Source of the DNA: Mizuhopecten yessoensis
Lineage: Eukaryota
Assembly: GCF_002113885.1 (NCBI RefSeq)
Contig: NW_018408358.1
Coordinates: forward strand, 321,903-385,902
Length of the DNA: 64,000 nt
Reading direction: 5' to 3'
In this document: piece by piece, positions 52,830-64,000 of the stretch
How the letters are laid out: each line of letters opens with the position of its first letter
Numbering within the stretch: the first letter of the stretch is position 1
Position numbers and translations under genes: made by a program
The notes under the pieces: generated by a model
What the model saw: only the letters and a program-made list of their open reading frames with translations
Database searches by the model: none
What the model was told of the DNA's origin: nothing

Positions 52830-54458
52830 ATGGCCACATCCCTTTTCAAAGCTCAGATTCCTTTTCGTATCAAAGGTCAATTCACCTGTACACACCACAA
52901 AGGGGGCCAACTGGACCTATACTGTGAAGAATGTCAAATTCCTGTTTGCATCAAGTGTGTATCTACTGTACATAAAAGTCACCCTTTGTGTGACCTTAGT
53001 GAAATTATTCATCAAACTAAACAGGATGTTCAAAGCTTTATAGACAAAACTGAGAAAGTTGACCTCGTACAAATCGACCAGTACATCACATCTACTGACA
53101 AACACTTAAAGGACAATACCAGCAACTTTGACAAACTTTCACACCATTTAAAGACACAAACCAACAAACTAAAAGAAGATTTGGACCAATTAACAGCACA
53201 GACTTTGTCTCTCTATCAACAAATGGAAGAGGACAATACCAAGCTACTACAGACTTACAAACAGGACCTAGAAGTGTACGACGCTAAGCTAAAAAAACAA
53301 GTGCAAGAATGTAAGATAGCACTTCAACGTGGCTCTGACATACAAATCTACGACACAGGGTGCGAGATTCAATCAGCATTAACTCTCCCTGCAGAACCTA
53401 CTCTATGTACTGCCAGCTTCACACCTAACCAAAATCCTGAGGTTCACCTGAAACAAGCTTTGGGAGAAGTCAACACCTCCTGTCACTGCCAGGGTCAAGC
53501 TTCACCAGGTCATGATATGTCAGTTGGATCATCTACTGGACAAGGATCAACCTCTACACAACAAAACTCCACAGGAAGAAAGAAAGTGAAAAGTCCAGTA
53601 TATAGACTGTTGCCTCAGACCAAGGTGTTGGGGAATTGGACGTCTCCATGTTACATCACTTCTGTATGTCCAACCATTGATGGTCAGGTGTGGACTAGTG
53701 CCTGTGACGATATCACCTTAAATCTTCTGGATAGGAAGGGCAAAGTAATACAGAAGATTAAACACAATACTGGGATCACAGAAATAAGTCTTTCACCCAC
53801 AACCAACACACTGTGGGTCTGTGACTTGGACAACAACATCACAGAGCTCGTGTCAGGACGACTAGTACACAGATTCGGAACCAGGGAGGAACCACGGTGT
53901 ATCTGTATCACAGCTAGTAACCATGTCATTGTGGGGATGAACAAAAAAATTTCGAAATTCACCACAGAAGGTACATTATTACATACTACATCAGCTGCAG
54001 GTACAGGGAAACCATTTGTGTGTACACCATACAGGATCTCAGAGTGTCCTGTCACTCATAATGTCGCAGTGGCTGATTTGGGTAATACACTTCATGGTGG
54101 TGAGGGGAAACCACGGGTTGTTGTCATAGACACAGATTTCAAGAAACTATTTGAATATGATGGTAAAGTCCCACATACATATCAACCAACATCACAGTCA
54201 GGAAGTAAACGATTTACCCCCTGGGGTGTGGTGTATGACAGTGTGGGTAACCTAGTCATAGGGGATTGTAGCAACAACCGTATCATACTCATCAATGGGT
54301 GTGGTGAGTTCCTCAGGATCATACACACATATGACTACTTTGCATTGGCTATTGGTGTAGACAGGGAGGATGTCCTGTGGGCAGTGTTGGGGTATCATGA
54401 TATCAAACTACTACAGTACCAAAGTGCGCAGGACCAACAACAATGTATTATCTCGTAA
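52830..54458 (+). CDS. RING-less TRIM-like protein (B-box2, coiled coil, NHL-type beta-propeller), 542 aa, single coding exon
   Basis: aaaATGG start; B-box CTHHKGGQLDLYCEECQIPVCIKCVSTVHKSH; helical region of about 140 aa; S/G/Q linker; NHL-like blades EPRCICIT, PYRISEC, PWGVVYDSVGNLVIGDCSNNRII; AATAAA at 54641. Confidence 0.93.
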   Translation: MATSLFKAQIPFRIKGQFTCTHHKGGQLDLYCEECQIPVCIKCVSTVHKSHPLCDLSEIIHQTKQDVQSFIDKTEKVDLVQIDQYITSTDKHLKDNTSNFDKLSHHLKTQTNKLKEDLDQLTAQTLSLYQQMEEDNTKLLQTYKQDLEVYDAKLKKQVQECKIALQRGSDIQIYDTGCEIQSALTLPAEPTLCTASFTPNQNPEVHLKQALGEVNTSCHCQGQASPGHDMSVGSSTGQGSTSTQQNSTGRKKVKSPVYRLLPQTKVLGNWTSPCYITSVCPTIDGQVWTSACDDITLNLLDRKGKVIQKIKHNTGITEISLSPTTNTLWVCDLDNNITELVSGRLVHRFGTREEPRCICITASNHVIVGMNKKISKFTTEGTLLHTTSAAGTGKPFVCTPYRISECPVTHNVAVADLGNTLHGGEGKPRVVVIDTDFKKLFEYDGKVPHTYQPTSQSGSKRFTPWGVVYDSVGNLVIGDCSNNRIILINGCGEFLRIIHTYDYFALAIGVDREDVLWAVLGYHDIKLLQYQSAQDQQQCIIS

Positions 54459-56554
54459 CTATGACAACTGAAACTGCATCATAAGATAATACAAAGCTGA
54501 CTTAAACTTCAGCCCCGGATATATATCATTGACCTGCAGAATTAATCAGTTCAACAGATATTATATATCGGAAATGGTTAAAATTTGAAAAAAGCAAATC
54601 AATCGATTTCATAGAAATTCAATAACTATCTCATAAAAACAATAAACAAATAATGTTTAACAATAGTATTGAAGTTAATTGAAAAAACCCACCTTATATA
54701 TATTATTTGACTTTTCCCCCTTAGATCACATTCTTAATTTAAAGTATGTTTTAGCTGGAATATTTATGAAAATAAAGTGCGTTCTCTTGAGAAAATGTTG
54801 AGTGTTTATTGTATTTTTCCTATTTCAAATATGGGTTTGGGTTATTATTTTAACCAGCTTGAAAGCCGCTTATCCCAGCATGTTTTATGTCTTCGGAGAG
54901 GTTGTTGTACCCCACTTTGGTTATTGGAGTAAGGTGGACAGTGAAAAACAATTTCTTTAAAAATATCCAAGTCTCATCTCTTTGAAGTGTATGACAATAC
55001 GAAATTTCATATACAGAATGACTGTTTTATATCAATATCCAGCATTCCAACCTAGAAGAATGACTATTACAATTTCGGAAATTGTAGATATTTCGAAATA
55101 GCAGCCAAACTTCCTAAATACTTTTGCACATCTACATAACACAGTTTATTACCATGTAAAATATAAAAAAACATTTTTTAGTCACTTTGATTCTGAAATA
55201 ATCCCCGAAATTGAAAGTGCTGATGGACAGCAAGACAGACGACAAACAGGCACCATTGCTATTGTAGGGCATCAGCATTTTAATGCGGATGCCTATAACT
55301 GGTGACACTCACGAGTCCAGTAGTTAAAGACCTACATGTACCATTAATTATACCAATTTGACAAATCTTATATAGGTTAATCACAAAACGAGTATCTAAT
55401 GTTCAACTTCTTTTCACTGCTGTAAAACAATCCAACCAGTCCGTTAAGAAACACATTTATATGTATCGGTTTACTCTCCTATACAAGCCCTATAGTCAGA
55501 AATAGGACAGTAGACACTAGCTCAAAGATTCAAACTTAAAACGTTAATCTTTTCTACCAGATATATAACAACTAATTCTCTCTTATCAAACAGACCTAAT
55601 CCACCCTCGTGTAAATAATAGAACAAATAACAAATACTTTAGATAAGATATGCAAGTTACTGTATTTCGTATTATATTTTATTATCATTACAAAAATAAA
55701 TCAATACATAAAAAAACCTTAATTAGTATTGATTTAATTGCTAGAAGAGATTTTGCTTTCTTGTTCCAGTTATAACCGAGTCTAGGGCAAAAACAGACAA
55801 TTTACTTAGTCACATACCAGACATTAAATACTATGGATTTAGAATGTTAATTACAGGAATCGATAACAAATTACATCTCGACTAATCAAAATTTACAATA
55901 CTTTGCAACCAATAAAATATTAACCAATTACAAATCACGACAGTTCTGTGTGCCCTATCAATTTTCTGAAAAGCCCTTTACCATTTGAATAAAACCGATA
56001 ATACTGTATACTGTAAAGAATACACCTATAAAAAACGTTATTTAGAAACTTATTCCAAAAAGGAATTGATTTAAATCTACTACAGTATACAAAATACGGA
56101 TTTGTTTTGGATATGAACAGATGACGAAAACTTGTACTATTGGGTTAGTTCATTCAAGATGGCGGCAGTTTAACACTTCGAATGTTAACAAGTGCCATTT
56201 TACATAACAGGGCATCTATCCTTATTCTATGCATGACATATCTCATAGTAATATTAGAAAAAAATCCAAGTATTTGCACGTCATAGCACTCAATGTTGAG
56301 AGATGAACGTAACATACACATACTAGGTAACTTCACCTTTAACATTTATTAATATATACAGTATGCCAATAAGGAACTAGCTGTTGCTAGGGGCCAACAA
56401 GTTTGAAATTCAAATGCTCTTAACTACTGTTAAAACAGAGGGGCAGGTGCGTAAACCCCTTAATTTAATCAATTAGATTAGTACGGATTCATTTCAAATT
56501 GATGATCTGTAAAGCGTGAAATTTCTTTACCGTACCACAACTCAAAAGAGATAA

Positions 56555-56780
56555 CTGTGGCCATTAAAGTAAACGCAAACCTCGGAGACTGCCATCAGCA
56601 AGTCGAGGGGTCGATTTCCCGATCGGACGTGAAAAGGTATGGGGTCACCTGTTCGACCACGTGGATTTTTTCCGGTACTCTGGTTTCCTCCCACAGTATG
56701 GCCCCGGGCGCTAACATCCAGGCCAACAACAGTGATTAGTATAAGTTGTAAAAACCTGTTTCATAATTGTTGTAATATAG
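56555..56780 (+). mobile_element. tRNA-derived V-type SINE (degenerate)
   Basis: GATCGGACGTGAAAAGGTATG, TTTTCCGGTACTCTGGTTTCCTCCCACA core, ATAAGTTGTAA..TTTCATAATTGTTGTAA tail. Confidence 0.75.
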
Positions 56781-57377
56781 CTCAAATTTATATAAGACCT
56801 TGTTTCTTGAAAGATGAACGTAACACACACAGAGGTGATTGCGCCTATACAGTTTGGAAACAGATAGAGCATGCCAATATGAATTACACTGCATCATTCA
56901 ACTGTTTCGTCCTTTCAAGACCCATCGGTGATGCTAGATGTAACTGTGAGACGGTGACGTTATGCAAAAGCGTCAGTTGAAAAACTATTGAAACGTATGT
57001 CTATTACGAGTTGCCTCCCGTAGAACGATCAGCTTTGTACATTTTTAGTAATGTTGTAGGCATGTGCATTTCAGATTGTTTATGTTTTAGAATATCTTAA
57101 TAGAAACCCCGTCGTTCGTAGCAAACAAGGAACCTATCTCAGCTTCTGTGAATATTATCATTTCTAAATATGAAAGACTTTAACCACAATTGGGATTATT
57201 TTTGAAAATGTGAACTTTTCTCACAGTATAACCATTTCTGAACTTGAGAAATCTTAGAAGCTTAGACAGACTATATCAACAAATATCAACTCTTCTCCTT
57301 TTTTTGTTGATGTTGTGTGACACAAAATGTCAAGTTCAGATTTGTGTTTCAGACACCAAAATTTTGAAGGTGCAATT

Positions 57378-57380
<3 letters not shown>

Positions 57381-57424
<44 letters not shown>
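57381..57424. repeat. (TG)22 microsatellite
   Basis: Direct. Confidence 0.97.
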
Positions 57425-57429
<5 letters not shown>

Positions 57430-57829
57430 GGTGTAGTAAGGGAAAGCTTGAATTAACAGGTTTGTTTTCTCTAGCTGGGCATTTTTATAAAACATGACAA
57501 ATACTATAACTTCCATCACCAAGGACTTATTAAACGAGACACTCCTCCTACCCCAAGATGTATCAGCATTCCAACTGTGTTGATAGCAGGTGAAATAATG
57601 AAGTATATATGGACCAGACAAGTTTGATCACCATATGAAACTCTGTCAGCCAGGACAGTGTAACACCTATCATTTTTTACCCCTGCTGGGTTATTTGAAG
57701 ATTTTAAGCGATTTTACTAATCTAGTGTTCAAAGTCGGTTGGTCAAGTAAAAAACAAGCGAAAACCGAAGTGTCAACAAAAACCACAGTTCGAACCAAAA
57801 ATCGATAACATTAGGACAAATTATGGACA

Positions 57830-57932
57830 AAGGACAGATTTACATGGAGACATTGGACAAAGTACAAGGAGAAGGGACCAGCTGTTACAGAAGGGTAAGC
57901 GAGTTCTGCTTCGTCGGTGACACCGCCATGTA
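57830..57932 (+). mobile_element. Short dispersed remnant, Penelope-like terminus (other copies ~34790-34870 +, ~42640-42990 -, ~47950-48012 +)
   Basis: Shared motifs TACATGGAGAC, ACCAGGTGTTCCGGAAGGGTAAGC-like and GACACC(C)GCCA. The Penelope assignment is from recollection of bivalve repeats only. Confidence 0.45.
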
Positions 57933-58774
57933 AATCCAAGTAATGACACCTCACAAGGCTCCTCACTCTAAAGAACATACTAAGAAAACATCGACCTTCA
58001 TATCACTCTAAGAAATAGCATATTATTCCTTTTTGAGAACCAACACTTCATATCATTTTGCAACATTAATAACCAAATATCATGAAATTTATCCTCTTGG
58101 TTAATCAGAAAAAATGCTTGAAGATTCTTCATCTGAATAAACATGGTAGCTCAGTATATCACTAGCCAAACATCATTACCCTATGTTTCCCTCTTATAAA
58201 ATAGTCATTCAAGTTGGTTAACACATTTGACCCTATGACCTTGAATTTAGGTGAAGGTAACTCATTTGAACAAATTTTATAGCCTTCCATCACAGCATGT
58301 TACTGGCTCAATTCCATTTCCATTGGCATTTTGCTTATTCTGGAAAAATGACCCTTTTGACATTTTAAGAGATTAAATGCCAATCATTTAAATCAACTTT
58401 GGTATCCTGCAGCTATTTATTTACTTAAGATAGAGAGGCATTTGAAATTGTCAGGTTTGAGATATCTCCAGAAGCCATAACTCAGTATAAAAAAAAATGT
58501 GTAGTGAATATGCATTTTATGTAAGTGTCCTCTAATTAGTTGTAGATGTCAACTCAACATATAAATTAGTAGGGAAATTATTGAAAAAAACAACACTTTT
58601 CATTTGAAAATTACCTAAAAGAACCGCCTGACTTAATCCTCTGTTTTATATAAACAATCTTTAAATGACAATTGAATTTCTTTCATTTTACCTTTAGGGG
58701 ATTGCACGTTGTTTTGAGTGGCAAATATACCAGTATAGACACGAAAAACAACAAAATAAATATACAACATTTGA

Positions 58775-59192
58775 TATAGCGCCCTATATAGCTAACATAA
58801 GTCACTCTAAAGCGCTTTACAGTACATAGATATACAATTGTATACAGTCAATACGATTAGCATATATATTAATCTATACAATATTGAAAAATGTGCAGGA
58901 GTGGCCTTATCAGGCGCTAACTACTAGTCATATGCCACCTAGCTAATATATCCCTATGTGTGTATGCATGTGTGTGTGTTGGAGATGTATTGTGTTATGT
59001 TTGTACTTAAATGCTACAGCACAGATACCGCAACACCCACCCAAGATCATTTTATACTCCATCTGGGTTGTTGGAGTTGTGTGGGCAGGAGAAAAACCAC
59101 TTTCTCTGAATATTCCATGCGTACGGCGACTTCGGGGATCGAACACTGGCCGCCTGCTTGGAAGGCCTGAGTGTTAACCACTCGATCAATTA
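58775..59192 (-). mobile_element. tRNA-derived SINE
   Basis: Reverse tRNA head GGGGATCGAACAC..GTTAACCACTCGATC at 59134-59187; body shared with 33746-34060. Confidence 0.78.
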
Positions 59193-60164
59193 GCATACGA
59201 CACATGTGACATTTTCCATTTGATTTCGGATCGAAATCGATGTCTTCACACGGACGGAACGAAAGTTTCAGTAATTAATGGAGGTAAAAACAAGGAATAT
59301 TCACTTTTTATGTTTTATTTAATCAACAAATACATTTCATCAGTCCTTTTTGTTCTATTGCTAGCCTTATCAGCGCTAAGAGGCGAGCTTGACGCCATAT
59401 TGTTTTTGTTAGAAACAGGGCGTGTCATAAGTGCGATGGGTGGAGCTCAACACGATTGATCATGATTCTATCGCAGATTTGAACATGGTCCGTAACTCAT
59501 CAAATACGCGTTGCAAACTAATCGTGCTAAACTCTTTTATATAAACCTGTTTTATCTACTAATGTTTTCAAAATAGATTTTTTTTCTTTTTCTTGTTTTA
59601 GCTCATTTTGAAAACAGCAAATACTATTAATGATTTACCCTACCCCTTTTGGTATCCCAAAAACCCACTTTCGGTCAAACTTTTGCCTTATGTTTTGTGC
59701 GTGTATTACATCTTTGAACAAATTAAAGAGATGAGAATCCGGATATACCGGGGCCAACAATGGACCTCATCCCTAATTATTCTAGGGAGAAATGGTATAT
59801 AAGATAACCCCGGACAATTTCCTTTCACATGTAAGGGTCAAAGTTTAAATCATTGGTCAAAATGATAAACATTTTTACCTGCCAATCTGCCATCCCATAA
59901 TGTACTTGCTTACCAATAATCAGTAACGCAAATGCCAGCTATTATTATATGTAACCTAAAGGAAGATAAATCTAGACAATTCTTAAAACTCGTAACATCA
60001 TACTGTCTATGAAAAAGCTTCTGGATCTATAGCATGTGGGGGTTGAACTGTTTTGAATAAATTGACTTTGAAGATGAAACAGGATTTCCTTCAGACATTT
60101 ATGTAGGGGAAATACCAGATAAAACTACGACAGTATACAATTTTCTGAAAAGAAAAACATTCTG

Positions 60165-60410
60165 ATTAGTTGGTTTCATGGTGCAGTGGATAATGTACTC
60201 TCCTTTCATAAATGTTTCCGGGGTTCTAACATGAACAGCTTCGTGAGGCACCTGTCTGACTACGTGGGTTTTTTCAGGGTAATCCGATTTCCTCCCACAT
60301 TAAGACCCCCCTCCCAGCCCCTTACTCACAATCCCGCGCTAATATATCGGCCAACAAGAGTGAATAATATAAGTTGCAATAATTTATTTCATAATTTCTT
60401 TTATTGTATT
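60165..60410 (+). mobile_element. tRNA-derived V-type SINE (degenerate)
   Basis: ATGGTGCAGTGGATAATGTAC head; GTGGGTTTTTTCAGGGTAATCCGATTTCCTCCCACATTAAGACC core; ATAAGTTGCAATAA tail. Confidence 0.7.
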
Positions 60411-61478
60411 AATGATATATTAAGAGAAAGCATTTGACTCATGGAAAACTGTTGATAAAGTTTAAAATTATTTTAATTTTTGGTTTGATATTAGAAGATG
60501 GGTAAAACTGCTACACACTTTTATTATTCACTTCTAAACGAAGGAGGTAACCTATCATCATTTTAAATATAAAAGAGACTGAGACCAAGGTGACTCAATC
60601 AAATAATTTATTTTTATTTTTCGTGTTGAAAACAAATAGCCATAAGACATAGATAATGTGTACATTTGTCAATACTCAATATGATTTAGCTCATATAGAG
60701 TACAACAGAACTATATAGAAGTATCGGTGAAAGAGACGGATATAACTTTTTATCCCATGTAATTAGTAGTACATGTAATGTCTATATTATACCTAATAAA
60801 TTATGTTAATGTAGTCCACAGTAGATGTGAAATTAAAAGCAATACATTGCCATGACAAAATCTCGACTGCCATATCTTATGCAAACATAACATTATCTTA
60901 TCAGCTTAATACTTCTGCATATCGTCGGCAACATCGCACAACCAGGAACTAGTACAAGTATTGCTAGATAAGTAAACCCCTATACTGCCCCGACTAGGAA
61001 AATCAATACACATTCCTTTTACTCCGACTAGACTGTATTGTCATAGTGCTATCTGGCCGGGTAGATCATAACTCACTGTTACGTGTTTTACAAATTGTAA
61101 CAGATCTACAACTACGTTAACTTAAAACAGAAAACATCACTTATTATGTTGTTGTTCGTTGTCTGTGGACGGCCTGACATTGTAAACAATGTGCGTGATT
61201 ATACGTGACTACAAATGTATGTGGTTCCTATAAATACAAATATATTCTACAACATAATAACCCCAACGGACAAGAACCACCAAACGTCAACCACATGATT
61301 TAGAGAAAAATAGATGCTAGTGGACACTCTGAACTTTGTGAATACTCCAGATTTGTATTCCTAAAATGGAAACATTTTTTCTTTGTGATTGTTTTGTCAG
61401 TATGCAACAAACAGCTTCAATGTGAAATCAAGTTCATATAGTAAAAAAAAATCAAAGGTTTTGCATCATTTTATCAAA

Positions 61479-63525
61479 ATGGCCACATCCCTTTTCAAAG
61501 CTCAGATTCCTTTTCGTATCAAAGGTCAATTCACCTGTACACACCACAAAGGGGGACAACTGGACCTATACTGTGAAGAATGACAAGTTCCTGTTTGCAT
61601 CAAGTGTGTATCTACTGTACATAAGAGTCACCCTTTGTGTGACCTTAGTGAAATTACTCATCAAACTAAACAGGACATTCAAAGCTTTATAGACAAAACT
61701 GAGAAAGTAGACCTTGTACAAATTGACCAGTATATCACTTCTACTGATAAACATCTAAATGACAACGCCGCAACTTCGAAAAACTGTCACGCCAGTTAAA
61801 TACATAAACTAACAATTTAATACATGATCTTGGCATGCGTACAGCTCATACTCTATCTCTCTTTCAACAAATGGAGGAGGATAACACCAAGCTACTACAA
61901 ACCTACAAACAGGACCTGGAAATGTACAGTACTCAGCTAAAACATCAGGTTCAAGAATGTAAGATAGCCCTTCAGCGTGGCTCCGACATACAAATATACG
62001 ATAAAGGGTGTGAGACTCAATCTCCAGTCACTATCCCTGTAAAACCTATCATGGGTACTTTTAGCTTCAGTCCAAGCAAAAATCCTCAGGGTCACCTTGA
62101 ACAAGCTTTGGGAGAAGTTATCACAGCACGTCAAGGTCAGGATCAAGCTTTACGAGGTTATGATCGGTCAGTTGGATCATCTGCTGGACAAAGACAAGCC
62201 CCTACACAACAGAGACCAGAAACAAAAGGAAGGGTACCCTCTATACAACAGAGGTCAAACCAAACGATTTAGGTACCCTCTACACAGCAGATATCAAAAG
62301 GAGGAAAGGAAGTCTCCAGTCCAGTGTATACCTTGTTCTCTGAGACAAAGGTGTTGGGGAAGTGGAAGTTACAATGTAACATTACCTCTGCATGTGCCAC
62401 CTCTGACGGCCAAGTGTGGACCAGTTTCTTAAACAGTGACACCATAAATCCACTGTACAAGAAGGGAAAAGAAACGCAGGAGGTTCAACACCATACTAAG
62501 ATCACAGATATAAGCCTCAGGGTCAAGGTCAGGGTCAAGTTTTACGAGGTCATGAACGGTCAGTTGGATTATCGGCTCGACAAACACCATCCCCTTCACA
62601 ACAGAGGTCTGAAAGAAATGAAAGGGCACTCTCTATACAACAGAGATCAAAAGGAAGAAAGGAAATATCTAGTCCAGTATATACCCTGTTGCCTCACACC
62701 AAGGTATTGAGCGAGTGGACGTCTCCATGTTCTATATCTGCTGTATGTCCAACCACTGATGGTCAGGTGTGGACCAATGACAATGTATTTAACCGTTGCA
62801 CTATAACTCTTCTGGACAGGAATGCCGATGTAAAACAGGAGGTTACACACGATTCTAATATCGCAGACATAAGTCTGTCACCAACAACCAACACACTGTG
62901 GGCCTGTGATGAGAAATGCAACATCATAGAGCTCGTGTCAGGTCGGCTGGTGCAAAGATTTAGCACACGGGAGGAACCACATTGTATCTGTGTCACAGCT
63001 AGTAACCATATTATTGTGGGGATGGCCAAACACATCTCAAAATATACCACAAAAGGTAAATTGGTACGTACTTCCTTGGCAGCGGGGACTGGGAAGCCAT
63101 TAGTGTGTGTACCATGGATGATATCAGAGTGTCCTGTCACTCACAATGTCGCAGTGGCTGATTTAGATAATATTGAAGAGTATGGTGGGGAAGGAAAATC
63201 ACATGTAATTGTCATGTTCAATGATTTCAAGGAACTATTTGTATATGGTGGTGACGTCCCAAATACATATCAAACAACATCACTGTCACGATATCATCCG
63301 TTTTACCCCTGTGGTGTTGTGTATGACAGTACGGGTAACCTAGTCATAGGGGACTTTGACAACAGGTGTGTCCTACTCATCAGTGGGCGTGGTGAGTTCC
63401 TCAGGATCATACAAACAGACACTAACTTCCTCAGAACGTTTGCTGTTGGTGTAGACAAGGAGGATCTTCTGTGGGCAGTGTTTGAGCGTAGATCTGTCGA
63501 GCGACTACAGTACAGCAGTAAGTGA
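61479..63525 (+). pseudogene. Disrupted, chimeric paralogue of the B-box/coiled-coil/NHL gene
   Basis: ATG 61479; B-box Cys TGT->TGA at 61581-61583; 1-bp deletion near 61770; in-frame TAG at 62270-62272; out-of-frame junction at ~62517 to a second linker plus a complete NHL region that is open from 62500 to 63525. Confidence 0.9.
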
Positions 63526-64000
63526 CATCTTGCCAAACTACAATGTGTATATATAGTAACCATGACAACTAACACTTACAGGATTATGGAAGTTGTCAGG
63601 ATCACTTGATATAAACTATGGACCTGAGAGGTGTATCTCAACATAACAGACAATACATATATTATAATTATTGGAAATGTATATAAAAAGAGAATTAACT
63701 TCTGAAGCTAAAGATACCATAACTTTATTGATACTGCTTCTGACTTAACCTTCGGCGTTATAGGAAACCCGTCGTTAGACACAGCTTTTTGGTGATTGAT
63801 ACATGGTGATGATGGAGTAACAATTCATGTGACTTTGATAAAATACAATAGCTATGGTGTCATCAATAGTTAGCAAAGAAGTATATATTGAGCAAACACT
63901 AAGCAAACTCTGGATTGGTACAGAATAGGAACCCTCTGAACAATCTGATGTAAGTAATTTTCGCTTGATGAGAATATTTTACCAAGATTTCTTGAATATC

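Overview
AT-rich, repeat-dense eukaryotic genomic DNA, most likely a bivalve mollusc. This is inferred from Meta-, V- and CORE-type SINEs, pearl/Helentron-type elements and an intronless B-box/coiled-coil/NHL gene of a type expanded in bivalves. There is one assembly gap (49053-49464) and three single-N joins. No prokaryotic systems, rRNA, true tRNA genes or CRISPR arrays are seen. Only one intact protein-coding gene is supported: a RING-less TRIM-like B-box/coiled-coil/NHL gene (52830-54458). It is followed by a broken, chimeric paralogue (61479-63525) that shows a gene-conversion tract and still has an open NHL half. The least obvious signal is in the left third and is invisible in the ORF track. 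Two tandem, minus-strand, apparently intronless multi-C-type-lectin-domain (CTLD) receptor genes have decayed there (about 12240-21911 and about 1143-7315). The first is split mid-codon by a 4.6-kb RTEX-like LINE, and also by a SINE and by a 20-bp satellite that appears to have grown from its own coding sequence. Further minus-strand Cys-rich exon relics lie at 33.5-47 kb. The window reads as an innate-immune-type gene cluster undergoing birth and death, with several satellites whose seed sequence can still be traced. All family assignments are by eye and need profile searches.
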